NCBI GenBank assembly: GCA_963726255.1
Contig: CAVSBL010000002.1
Coordinates: 2,048,001-2,112,000, forward strand
DNA: 64,000 nt
Source of the DNA: Candidatus Bathyarchaeota archaeon
Lineage (GTDB): Archaea; Thermoproteota; Bathyarchaeia; 40CM-2-53-6
Direction of reading: 5' to 3'
The notes under the pieces were generated by a model. The model did not search any database. It saw only the letters and a list, made by a program, of their open reading frames with translations, and was not told where the DNA came from. Below are positions 38,909 to 46,847 of this stretch, in pieces. Numbering within the stretch: the stretch's first letter is position 1; each line of letters begins with the position of its first letter. The position numbers and the translations under genes are program-made.

Positions 38909-39417
38909 AATCCCTCATATTCGATTCTACGCCTCTAATCTACCTGACAAGAGTTGGACTCGTCAGACTGTTCGAACTTATTCCAGCCCAGAAGTTCGTT
39001 GCCCGTTCGGTTTTCAGGGAAGTGGTCGAGCGCGGGAAAGTGAAAGGATTAGCAGATGCATTAGCGCTGGAGGCTCTTTTCGACGCGAAAACCATAACGA
39101 TCAGTGAGCCATCGAAGAAAGCAGTTTTGCGCATGTTTACCAGCATAAGCGGCTTGGAGGAAGCCGATGCTGAAACCCTGGCCATCGCGAAGGAACAGGG
39201 TTATCGTGCCGTTCTAGACGACCTTCTAGCGAGAAAGGTAGCGAGAACCTACGGGATTGATTTCGTGGGAACCCCCTACTTGCTAATGATTGCAACCAAT
39301 ACTCGGATACTCACGAAAAAAGAGGCAACGAAGGCAGTCGACGAGATGATTGAAGCCGGCTGGAGATGCGGCCCCGAGCTATACCGCGAGATCCTGCGAT
39401 TGATCGAGCATAGCTGA
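38905..39417 (+). CDS. PIN-domain toxin (DUF3368-like)
   Basis: IFDSTPLI, EADAETLAIA, LDDLLARK. Confidence 0.88.
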   Translation: MKSLIFDSTPLIYLTRVGLVRLFELIPAQKFVARSVFREVVERGKVKGLADALALEALFDAKTITISEPSKKAVLRMFTSISGLEEADAETLAIAKEQGYRAVLDDLLARKVARTYGIDFVGTPYLLMIATNTRILTKKEATKAVDEMIEAGWRCGPELYREILRLIEHS

Positions 39418-39444
39418 ATCCCGGCAAAAGAGAAAGTGACTTGC

Positions 39445-39960
39445 CTAGGCTTTGCGGCTTGACGTTCTTCTGCGCTTGAGGAAGAATAGGCTGAGCGCAA
39501 CGGCGGCGATTCCTACTACGCCAATTACAATGAGTTCGAACCCTGGGGTTGGCTGCGCTGGGTCGTGGACGTGGATTGTTGTTGAAGCCCCCAGCGTTTT
39601 CGTCATGGCATCGTTTCCCAGCAATCTCATGAAAGCAGAGGCTATGATTGTGTAGCCACCTGCAGTCGTTGGTGTCCATTTTTCGCTAACTATCAAAGCG
39701 TCGGCCGTGACGTGTGTGGATGAGTAGGTTGTTTGGTTTGAAGCGTTCAGTACTTGGATTTGGATTACGTAATTGTGGGCGATCATGGGTTGCATGCAGC
39801 CCGGAAGCAGGGGGAGAAAGGTTACGGTGATGTTCACACGCTCGCCGACAGCGTAATCGTCCCGATCGGTTTGGACGATTAGGGAACTGCACGCCCGGAC
39901 ATTAATTGAAGCAGCGCCGGCAAGGACTGGAAAAACCGACGCTAGGACTAAAGCCATCAT
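39445..39960 (-). CDS. Secreted Ig-like protein with PGF-CTERM-like anchor
   Basis: TDRDDYAVGERVNITV; PTPGF + TM + KRRR. Confidence 0.75.
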   Translation of the reverse strand: MMALVLASVFPVLAGAASINVRACSSLIVQTDRDDYAVGERVNITVTFLPLLPGCMQPMIAHNYVIQIQVLNASNQTTYSSTHVTADALIVSEKWTPTTAGGYTIIASAFMRLLGNDAMTKTLGASTTIHVHDPAQPTPGFELIVIGVVGIAAVALSLFFLKRRRTSSRKA

Positions 39961-39987
39961 TAGGCTAAGGAATACGGAACGGGCGAT

Positions 39988-40806
39988 TTGCCTTTGCGAT
40001 CATCTTGCTCCTTCAGTCCGTCACCTGCTGTTCCAGACTATATTAGCACACTCACGATAAGCACGGAGCCTTCGACGCCAGCAGGGTCTTACGACGTTAT
40101 TGTGAACGGCACAGTCGGGATCGTGACTAACTCGACTAGCTTCAACCTGGTTGTGAATCAGCATCAACAATCCTGCACGTTGACCTCTCTCCCCTCAATG
40201 TACAATTGCCCGTTACCGTTCGTGCAGGGTTGGAACCTGTTTTCACTGCCAGTCACGCCTGTGGCTAACAGCACATTCCCGAACACTGTCGACGGCATCT
40301 TCGGTTCTAACCCTCAGTTTGGTTTCATGAGCAATGTGAGCAGCATCTTCGCGTACACTTCGGGAACATGGCAAACCTGTATGGTGACTAAACAAGGTTC
40401 AGAGGCGAATGCGAAGTACACCTGCACAGGGGCTTTGAAGAACTTGGTTGACGGCAGGGGGTACTGGGTTTACGCTAAGGTAGCGTTCACTTTGAACAAT
40501 CCAAACAACCTCGCTCCGACTTGGGGTGGGCTGGTCGGTTCGGTCATTCCCTCAACCTCTACACCACCAACATACTCGCTGACTGCGGGCTGGAATCTTG
40601 TAGGGTACAAGCCGCAACCTGACCCAGCTGTGTCGGAAACGGTTTCCACATACTTGACCAGCCTGCTCGGCAGCAGCTACGACCCTAACAATGTCTGGGT
40701 CTACGATAGTGCAACAGCGCGGTGGGCTCGTGGCACGGAGACGACGCTGGAGCCCGGCCAAGCGTTCTGGGTCTTCATGCTAACCCCGGCCCAGCTCCGC
40801 CCATAA
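39988..40806 (+). pseudogene. 5'-truncated secreted protein retaining the LRP-terminal domain
   Basis: Begins mid-domain (SCSFSPS...STLTIST...PAGSY), no signal peptide, only 27 nt from the divergent ORF; two GWNL repeats, ends AQLRP*. Confidence 0.75.
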
Positions 40807-40830
40807 CCCGTCCCAATCAGTTGCCAGATA

Positions 40831-41061
40831 TACTCGCTGACTGCAGGATGGAACCTGATCGGCTACAAACCCCAACCCCGCGTTCAAAATGAAACTGTAA
40901 GTCAATACCTCATCAGCATCAGCGGAAGCTACGACCCGAACAACGTTTTCGTTTACAACAACCTAACCGGTTCATGGACTCGCGGCGGACCCTCAACTCA
41001 ACTTGTCTCTGGAGAAGTCATGTGGATTCTAATGGCCTCATCCGCTACGCTGAGGCCGTAA
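40831..41061 (+). repeat. Orphan second half of the LRP-terminal domain (76 codons + stop, no start)
   Basis: YSLTAGWNLIGYKPQP...GEVMWILMASSATLRP*, in frame after the 40806 stop; not in ORF track. Confidence 0.9.
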
Positions 41062-41171
41062 CACCCAGCCACAATGACCGGAGGGCATTCCCTCGTCAGC
41101 TTGGCAACGCCCTCAAGGTGGATGTAATCAACTGATGATTAGTGCTGTGAGCTGTCCATTCGTGAGGGCGT

Positions 41172-41597
41172 CTAATTGCGTGTCTTCTTGATTAGGTGGG
41201 AGGGTTCGGTTCTTGGAACGTCGAGTTTGTCGAAATGCTTGTCGTAGCTTACAATGGCCTCTACTCCTAATCTCTTTGCAACGTAATATTGCAGCGCGTC
41301 GTCAAAATCCAGAGATTCTCTCTCAGTTAGCATCGCTGCAGACATCTCATCCGCTACGCCGGTCTCAAAGACGGTGAGCCCAAGCGAATTATCTAGATTC
41401 CTGAGGAAGGTGAGGATTGGTTCTCCTGAGCCAAGCACAGCTTCCACTGCGTGTACGGTGAAATGGGTGATAACCGCTTCAATCCTGCCCTTTGAGACAG
41501 CACTAAGTAAAGCTTCACAATCATCAGCCCTACTTTGCCCCAGCAATAATTCAAGGAAGACGTTCGTATCCAGTAGAATCAATCTTGGTTCGACCAA
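41172..41597 (-). CDS. vapC: VapC PIN-domain toxin
   Basis: LLDTNVFLE, LDFDDALQY, SYDKHFD. Confidence 0.92.
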   Translation of the reverse strand: MVEPRLILLDTNVFLELLLGQSRADDCEALLSAVSKGRIEAVITHFTVHAVEAVLGSGEPILTFLRNLDNSLGLTVFETGVADEMSAAMLTERESLDFDDALQYYVAKRLGVEAIVSYDKHFDKLDVPRTEPSHLIKKTRN

Positions 41598-41815
41598 AGC
41601 CTATGCTGCAATTGAACAGAGGAACCCTTCTTCCCCGTCCTCAAAGTGCCCTTCAAAGAAGCCCAATCCACTGACCCTGACATGGAGAATTTCGTGATCA
41701 CATCCTCCACGGCTTTCTTGATCGTCCCCTTCTTGTACCCGTACTTTTCCATGGCCTTCTTCCTGAACTTCCTAGCAAGAGCATCATCAACCTCGACTTT
41801 TATTGTTTCGGTCAT
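41579..41815 (-). CDS. RHH-type antitoxin
   Basis: TIKVEVDDALARKFR; overlaps the vapC start. Confidence 0.8.
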   Translation of the reverse strand: MTETIKVEVDDALARKFRKKAMEKYGYKKGTIKKAVEDVITKFSMSGSVDWASLKGTLRTGKKGSSVQLQHRLWSNQD

Positions 41816-42064
41816 ATGTCCATATCCCCCAAATGTCCATTACTCGCCCAACCTAAAAGAGTTAAGGTATCTACGCGTGCAGTCACGTGTAAATCGAGGG
41901 AAATTACGCCGCCACCCTCGTTACAATAGCTGCGCCTGAGGCCGCGGCGATCTGCCGCCAACGCTTCTACGTAGAAAGTTGCGCGTCCACGAATCCCACC
42001 GGTCCGAGAATACCGACTGAGAAACCAGGAATTAATCCGTTTAAAGAACGAAATATTGCTGGCA

Positions 42065-42454
42065 CTAAAACCATGTTGTCTTCACGTTAGCTATTGATTT
42101 GATGTGGTCGTCGTCCGTGAAGCAAACCAGCTTCTTGATCTTCGCAGTTGCGGCAATTATTGCGTCTGCGATTGGAAAATCTCTGCCTTGGGAAACTTTA
42201 ACCTCAGCAGACTCGGCGGCTATGTCAGAATTAATGTCTATGACTTCAAAGTCTCTCTCAATAGCAGATTTTCTTATCTTTGCCACATCACGGCCTTCAA
42301 CTTCGAGGCTTATTCTGTATACTTCGTGAATGGTAATGGCTGATACGTATCTACGTTTTCGAGCCTGTAGTTCCGACTTGACCTTCAGTCGCAGACCACG
42401 TTCTGCAGTGTAGGTTGCGATGAAGAATCTTGTGTCATAAAGTGTGTCAGGCAT
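42065..42454 (-). CDS. vapC: VapC PIN-domain toxin
   Basis: YDTRFF, TIHEV, IADAIIAATA, TDDDH. Confidence 0.9.
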   Translation of the reverse strand: MPDTLYDTRFFIATYTAERGLRLKVKSELQARKRRYVSAITIHEVYRISLEVEGRDVAKIRKSAIERDFEVIDINSDIAAESAEVKVSQGRDFPIADAIIAATAKIKKLVCFTDDDHIKSIANVKTTWF

Positions 42455-42668
42455 CTTCTCGCCTGATCTGGTCTAGTCTTCGCTTCATTTCGTCGAAGCC
42501 TTTTTTGCTGCTTCCAATGAGGTCGATCGTCGACCGAGCTTTTCTGAACATTACTCCCTCACCGGTGTCAATTACTTGGAGCTTCGCTCCTTGGGACATG
42601 GCATACTTCTCCCGCAACTCTTTGGGGATAGTTGTCTGGCCCTTCCGGGTTACAGTGACGGTAGTCAA
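42447..42668 (-). CDS. AbrB/MazE-type antitoxin
   Basis: VTVTRKGQTTIPKELR. Confidence 0.9.
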   Translation of the reverse strand: MTTVTVTRKGQTTIPKELREKYAMSQGAKLQVIDTGEGVMFRKARSTIDLIGSSKKGFDEMKRRLDQIRREDA

Positions 42669-42714
42669 TCCTGATTCAGATCAAGTGTGGTTTGGGTAGT
42701 ATTTATCAGTGACG

Positions 42715-42739
42715 GTAGTACTGTTAACTTCGGTACTAC
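42715..42739. promoter_or_regulatory. Putative TA operator GTAGTAC-N11-GTACTAC
   Basis: Perfect inverted repeat upstream of the AbrB gene. Confidence 0.6.
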
Positions 42740-42937
42740 TTCATGCTCCTGAAGCAGGTCCGTTTCAAACCTGGGCGTTAACATGCAGTCAATGGTGCTT
42801 GATGTGTGGACAGCCGTACGGGACTCATTTAACCCAATAGATCTTGGGCTCAGACCCCATTGATCCCAAGATTGTCTGGGAATGCTGCCGGAAAATGCAC
42901 CCAGGACGAGACGATATGTGACCGGCCCCGCCCCACA

Positions 42938-43006
42938 TCAACTCAACTAGTCCATGGAGAAGTCGTGTGGATCCTAAGGGCCTCATCCGCTGCACTGAGG
43001 CCGTGA
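42938..43006 (+). repeat. Orphan 3' fragment of the LRP-terminal domain (STQLVHGEVVWILRASSAALRP*)
   Basis: 60/69 nt identical to 40993-41061 by manual alignment. Confidence 0.9.
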
Positions 43007-43165
43007 GAATTCAGTCACAAGAACCGCGCCTGAGGCCTAAACCAGCTTAGGGTTGCCTTCGCTTGGCACCGTTTGGCACCACCCCAAGATGGGTGGATCA
43101 ACCGTCCCCGCTGCGAATGGTTGCAGCATTATTTGGCCGTGAGTTCCTTCGGTCCGAACGTTTGA

Positions 43166-43555
43166 TTAGATCATGTAAACTTCTGGTAATCCTCGAAAAT
43201 GCTGGTCCCCGGTAACAACCTTCCCGCCTCTATCACGTGCAGTTGAAAGTACAATTGAATCAGCCAACCCCCAACCCGGAACACGTTTCTTCATCACCAC
43301 ATCCAGCTTAGCGGCTTCGACAGCCAATTCCTCACCGAGAACCACAAGCGCACTTCTCGATTTGATGAAAGCCCTTCGGAGCTCCGCCTTCTCGGCGGCC
43401 TCGCTTCTCAGAATCTTAGCGTATATCTCTGCCAAGCATATTGATGGTGTGAGCTTCTCATTGACTTCAGAGTCAACAATTGCTTTGACTTTCCTTCCGC
43501 CGTCGGTTCCCATGAAGTATTCTAGCCAGGCGTGGGAATCTATAATGTACTTCAA
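43166..43555 (-). CDS. vapC: VapC PIN-domain toxin
   Basis: IIDSHAWLEY, LADSIVL, VTGDQHF. Confidence 0.92.
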   Translation of the reverse strand: MKYIIDSHAWLEYFMGTDGGRKVKAIVDSEVNEKLTPSICLAEIYAKILRSEAAEKAELRRAFIKSRSALVVLGEELAVEAAKLDVVMKKRVPGWGLADSIVLSTARDRGGKVVTGDQHFRGLPEVYMI

Positions 43556-43737
43556 GTTCGGTCCCTATGGTCGCGGAGGTCCCTCAAGGACGTCTTGTCC
43601 ATTGTGCCGAACATGCTCTCTCCCTTCAGCAAGGCTTCGGCTAGGATTGCGTTAATGGCGTCTGAGATTCCTCTCGGGCCGTACTTCTTTTTGAGAATCT
43701 CATACAGGTCTTCTCTAAGCAACACTGTCGTCTTCAT
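43552..43737 (-). CDS. VapB-like antitoxin
   Basis: KTTVLLREDLYE...SMFG; 4-nt overlap with vapC; CCGTAAA/TTTACGG inverted repeat upstream. Confidence 0.82.
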   Translation of the reverse strand: MKTTVLLREDLYEILKKKYGPRGISDAINAILAEALLKGESMFGTMDKTSLRDLRDHRDRT

Positions 43738-43809
43738 GGCAAATACGTAACCGTAAACATAAACATAAACCTTTACGGCTTCGCATCTACCATGAGAGGT
43801 AACCGCGAA

Positions 43810-43968
43810 ACCTACCTAATGAGCACCACAGGAAGTTATGAAACAAACAGCATTTGGGTTTACGATAGTTTAACCTCGGTTTGCGTTTGGGCTGACTCGA
43901 GCTACATGCTTCAGCCTGGTGTGGGAATGTGGATCCTTATGACCGCGCCCGCGACGCTCAGACCGTAA
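43810..43968 (+). repeat. Orphan 3' fragment of the LRP-terminal domain (52 codons + stop)
   Basis: TYLMSTTGSYETNSIWVYDSLTSVCVWADSSYMLQPGVGMWILMTAPATLRP*. Confidence 0.9.
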
Positions 43969-43984
43969 CCCATGCTGAACTTAA

Positions 43985-44338
43985 TCAAATGTCCCGGATG
44001 ATGTTGGGAATATCGCCGAGAATTATTTGGGTGATTTCGACGAAGCCACGGAACTTCCCCGCCTTAAACCAAGGCGTTTGGCACACCAACTTTCGCACTC
44101 CCCCCTTCTGCGTAGTGTAAACGTTTGCCTGCTTTTTCTCTATAAGCTCCTTGAGTTTCGCCCGTGCCGATTCCGGGTGGCAATCAAACACATTAGTGCC
44201 AATCAGCTGCTGACCCCCATCGTCCTTGAAGTCTTCGGCCGCCTTCGCGTTCATCTCCAGAATCATTCCCGCGGAATCGCACACAGTAATTGCAGCAGGA
44301 AATTCTTCCACCCACGAATGATTAGTGACTTTCGCCAA
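43985..44338 (-). CDS. Stand-alone PAS-domain protein
   Basis: AITVCDSAGMILEMN, LIGTNVFDCHP, FRGFVEI. Confidence 0.85.
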   Translation of the reverse strand: MAKVTNHSWVEEFPAAITVCDSAGMILEMNAKAAEDFKDDGGQQLIGTNVFDCHPESARAKLKELIEKKQANVYTTQKGGVRKLVCQTPWFKAGKFRGFVEITQIILGDIPNIIRDI

Positions 44339-44501
44339 ATTCGCCTCACAACTTCCTAGTTGAATTAAAACCGAGCCCTCCTTTAGAATGCTTTACTCCT
44401 TATCCTTAGAGGAAATCACTCAAGATTAGCGGCCAAGTCTTGCAGACTTCACCGGTGGCCTCTGTAACACTGAAATCGTATGACTGACGGGCACGTTACA
44501 G

Positions 44502-44545
44502 GTTGTACGTCAGTCTTAAGTACAACACTTTAGCTAAGGTTGTAC
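44502..44545. promoter_or_regulatory. Putative TA operator GTTGTAC-N11-GTACAAC-N12-GTTGTAC
   Basis: Three alternating 7-bp half-sites around a CTTAAG box upstream of the AbrB ATG. Confidence 0.62.
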
Positions 44546-44554
44546 TGGCAACCT

Positions 44555-44791
44555 ATGTCAGACGATGTCGTTCTGGTTACAAGGAAGGGTCAGATTACGA
44601 TCCCAGTCTCAAAGAGAAACAAGTACAGAATAAAGGAAGGCATGAAGGTTCTTGTAAAGGACAGTTCTGAGGGCATTCTCATTAAGCCAATTACACCGAT
44701 AGAAAGTTTAGCGGGAGTGGATGCAGGTAAAGTAAGCATTGCGCGGATGAAGCGTAAACTGGACGACATGAGGCGACAAGATAGGTACTGA
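44555..44791 (+). CDS. AbrB/MazE-type antitoxin
   Basis: VLVTRKGQITIP; ATG at 44555. Confidence 0.9.
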   Translation: MSDDVVLVTRKGQITIPVSKRNKYRIKEGMKVLVKDSSEGILIKPITPIESLAGVDAGKVSIARMKRKLDDMRRQDRY

Positions 44792-44793
44792 AC

Positions 44794-45192
44794 ATGCCCG
44801 TCACGGTCGACACACGTTTCTTTTTGACTCATTACCTCGCGGACACTGATGAGCTTAAGTCGAGAACATCAGGAAAAATGATTGAACTTCAAAGAGAAGG
44901 CGCCGTGGTTCCTACGATCGTTCTCCATGAAGTGTATAAGTTCACTTACGAAAATGTCGGAAAGGAAGTCGCCTATCTTCGCGTCAACTCGATTATGAGC
45001 TCGGATATGAGGGTGGTTGATTTGACACCACAAATTGCTGTAGCATCAGCTAACCTGAGGTGTCGGCACAGGGGATTGCCGACAGCCGATTCGATTATTG
45101 CAGCAACGTGCATAGATACGAAATCGAAGCGCGTTCTCTCCGATGACCCACGCTTCAAGATGATCAAAGAAATCGAGGCCGAATGGCTCTAA
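44794..45192 (+). CDS. vapC: VapC PIN-domain toxin
   Basis: VDTRFF, VLHEV, TADSIIAAT, SDDPRF; related to the 42065 VapC. Confidence 0.9.
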   Translation: MPVTVDTRFFLTHYLADTDELKSRTSGKMIELQREGAVVPTIVLHEVYKFTYENVGKEVAYLRVNSIMSSDMRVVDLTPQIAVASANLRCRHRGLPTADSIIAATCIDTKSKRVLSDDPRFKMIKEIEAEWL

Positions 45193-45201
45193 CGCTCTCC
45201 A

Positions 45202-45288
45202 CGTGCCCGTACTAATGAGTACACATCGCTTCGGCCTGGGCAGGCAATGTGGATTCTTATGACCGCGCCTGCCACACTCCGACCTTAA
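45202..45288 (+). repeat. Orphan 3' fragment of the LRP-terminal domain, right island border
   Basis: RARTNEYTSLRPGQAMWILMTAPATLRP* vs RASPDGSTRLKPGQAMWVLVTAPATLRP* of the 29370 ORF. Confidence 0.9.
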
Positions 45289-45354
45289 CGCAGTCCCGTT
45301 CTCTTCGCAGTCACGGCGCCACATTGTGTATGCGCGCACGAATTAATCTGAATG

Positions 45355-45633
45355 TCATTCTAGTCTGCGAATGATGTGGTATCCGAATTGTGTTTTCACG
45401 ATGGGTGAGGTTTGTCCTTTCTGGAGCGCGAACGCGGTCTGCTCAAACTCTTTCACCATCTTCCCACGCGTGAACCAGCCGAGGTCGCCCCCACGTTTGC
45501 CCGAGCCCGGGTCGCGGGAGACCGCTTTCGCAATATTAGAGAACTTCTCACCCTTACTCAGCCGATCCAAGACCGCCTGCGCCTCCTTCTCAGTCTTCAC
45601 GAGAATATGGGTGCAGTGAACCTGATTGGGCAA
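45355..45633 (-). CDS. Parvulin-type peptidyl-prolyl isomerase
   Basis: HILVK, GGDLGWF, VKTQFGYHII. Confidence 0.95.
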   Translation of the reverse strand: MPNQVHCTHILVKTEKEAQAVLDRLSKGEKFSNIAKAVSRDPGSGKRGGDLGWFTRGKMVKEFEQTAFALQKGQTSPIVKTQFGYHIIRRLE

Positions 45634-45784
45634 AAGTAATCACTGGTACGAAACTCCGCCGAGTCCTCAATTAAGCATGTCGTCGACCTCGCCGATTACA
45701 AAGTGAGGAATCAGGGAGCATCAGGAGAGTTTGCTGAGTGGCGCGCACGGCATGTGAATCGAGGGCGTTTGCTAGTTAGTTAGG

Positions 45785-46252
45785 TTATTTGTTTCTGCGT
45801 ACGTAGTCTCTTTCCAGTGCTGACGCATACTTGTCCCAGATTTCGTGAGTATGCTTCAAATCTTGCGTTTTGGTGGGGGCGTTGCGTATCTTGTAGTGTT
45901 CTGTAAAGCGCATGTCAAGTCTGGTTCTTCGGGGGCCGAGTCTCGTTAACCTGTAATCACCCGTCTCGTCATCTTCATCGCCTATGAAGTCGAGGTGCCA
46001 CCACTTGCGGGGATACAGGGTCACTATGTTCACCCCAATCTTGGGCTTGCCTCCGCTCCTGTAAGCTGAAACGTAAATCACATGAGGTCCCCTCTTCAAC
46101 AGCATTTTCCGTTTCGCCTTCGAGCCAGTTATTTTCGGGTCGCTTTCCCGATAGTCTGTGCACCAATCGTAAACGAAGGGAAGTGGGGCGTGAATTATTT
46201 TTGAAACGCGGTAAGAGTAAGTCTTCGTGTAGCTATGCGCCAAGCCTAACAT
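45785..46252 (-). CDS. Hypothetical protein (possibly START/SRPBCC-like)
   Basis: IHAPLPFVYDWCTDY...TRLD...W..Y..ALE pattern. Confidence 0.6.
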   Translation of the reverse strand: MLGLAHSYTKTYSYRVSKIIHAPLPFVYDWCTDYRESDPKITGSKAKRKMLLKRGPHVIYVSAYRSGGKPKIGVNIVTLYPRKWWHLDFIGDEDDETGDYRLTRLGPRRTRLDMRFTEHYKIRNAPTKTQDLKHTHEIWDKYASALERDYVRRNK

Positions 46253-46404
46253 TTCCTCGTAGTTACGTACGTCCCAGCATATTTAGCGTTACGTTTGAAA
46301 ATATGATTCCATGGTGTGTGCGCATCATCAGACCCATAGTAGATTGTCGCGGGCCTTATTCTTCGATATCCGTTTCGTGATGATGACGGTGAAAAAAGTT
46401 CAGC

Positions 46405-46695
46405 CTATTTCTTTGCGGTTTTGTCTGCTATTTCCTTGGCGATTTGTTCTTTGGTTTTGCCTTCCGTGCTTATGTTGAGGCTTCGAGCAGCCACCAGGAG
46501 AGGGTCTTGCGCGGTTTCGGTTGTAGTGCCCGTCGTGGGGTTCTTGATTGACGTTATCTCCTGCGTGCTTTTCTCGAACTCTTTCTTAGCCAGGCCTAAG
46601 GATCTGGCCAGTTCGGGGAGTTTCTTGGGGCCCCACAGGAAAATGACCAGTATGATCCCGATTATGATGAGCCATTCATACCCAATTAACGCCAT
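46405..46695 (-). CDS. tatA: Twin-arginine translocase TatA/E
   Basis: TM then WGPKKLPELARSLGLAKKEF. Confidence 0.92.
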   Translation of the reverse strand: MALIGYEWLIIIGIILVIFLWGPKKLPELARSLGLAKKEFEKSTQEITSIKNPTTGTTTETAQDPLLVAARSLNISTEGKTKEQIAKEIADKTAKK

Positions 46696-46847
46696 CGGAC
46701 TTCCGCAACCATGTTTCCTCTGAGCTTAATATAAGTGAATTTCTGCTGCCTACAATCCCATGAGGCCGGGTTTACTTTATCATGCGAACTTCTTGCGTCA
46801 AATCTCGGAAATGCTCATCGTGCGCTTTCCAAATTTTCCGCGTGGAA

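Noticed and set aside
41955-41985. CAACGCTTCTACGTAGAAAGTTG palindrome as an attC or as the TTCTAC-N3 motif
   Set aside because: Too short for attC and lacks the 3-nt spacer of the promoter motif.
28648-45288. Classical integron (attC array) or CRISPR explanation for the repeats
   Set aside because: Repeats are protein-coding, non-palindromic, variable in length and kb apart; no intI, cas gene or paired RYYYAAC/GTTRRRY sites were seen.
29370-45288. Diversity-generating retroelement (TR/VR pairs at gene 3' ends)
   Set aside because: No reverse transcriptase in the window, and differences between copies are mainly synonymous third-position changes, not adenine-specific.
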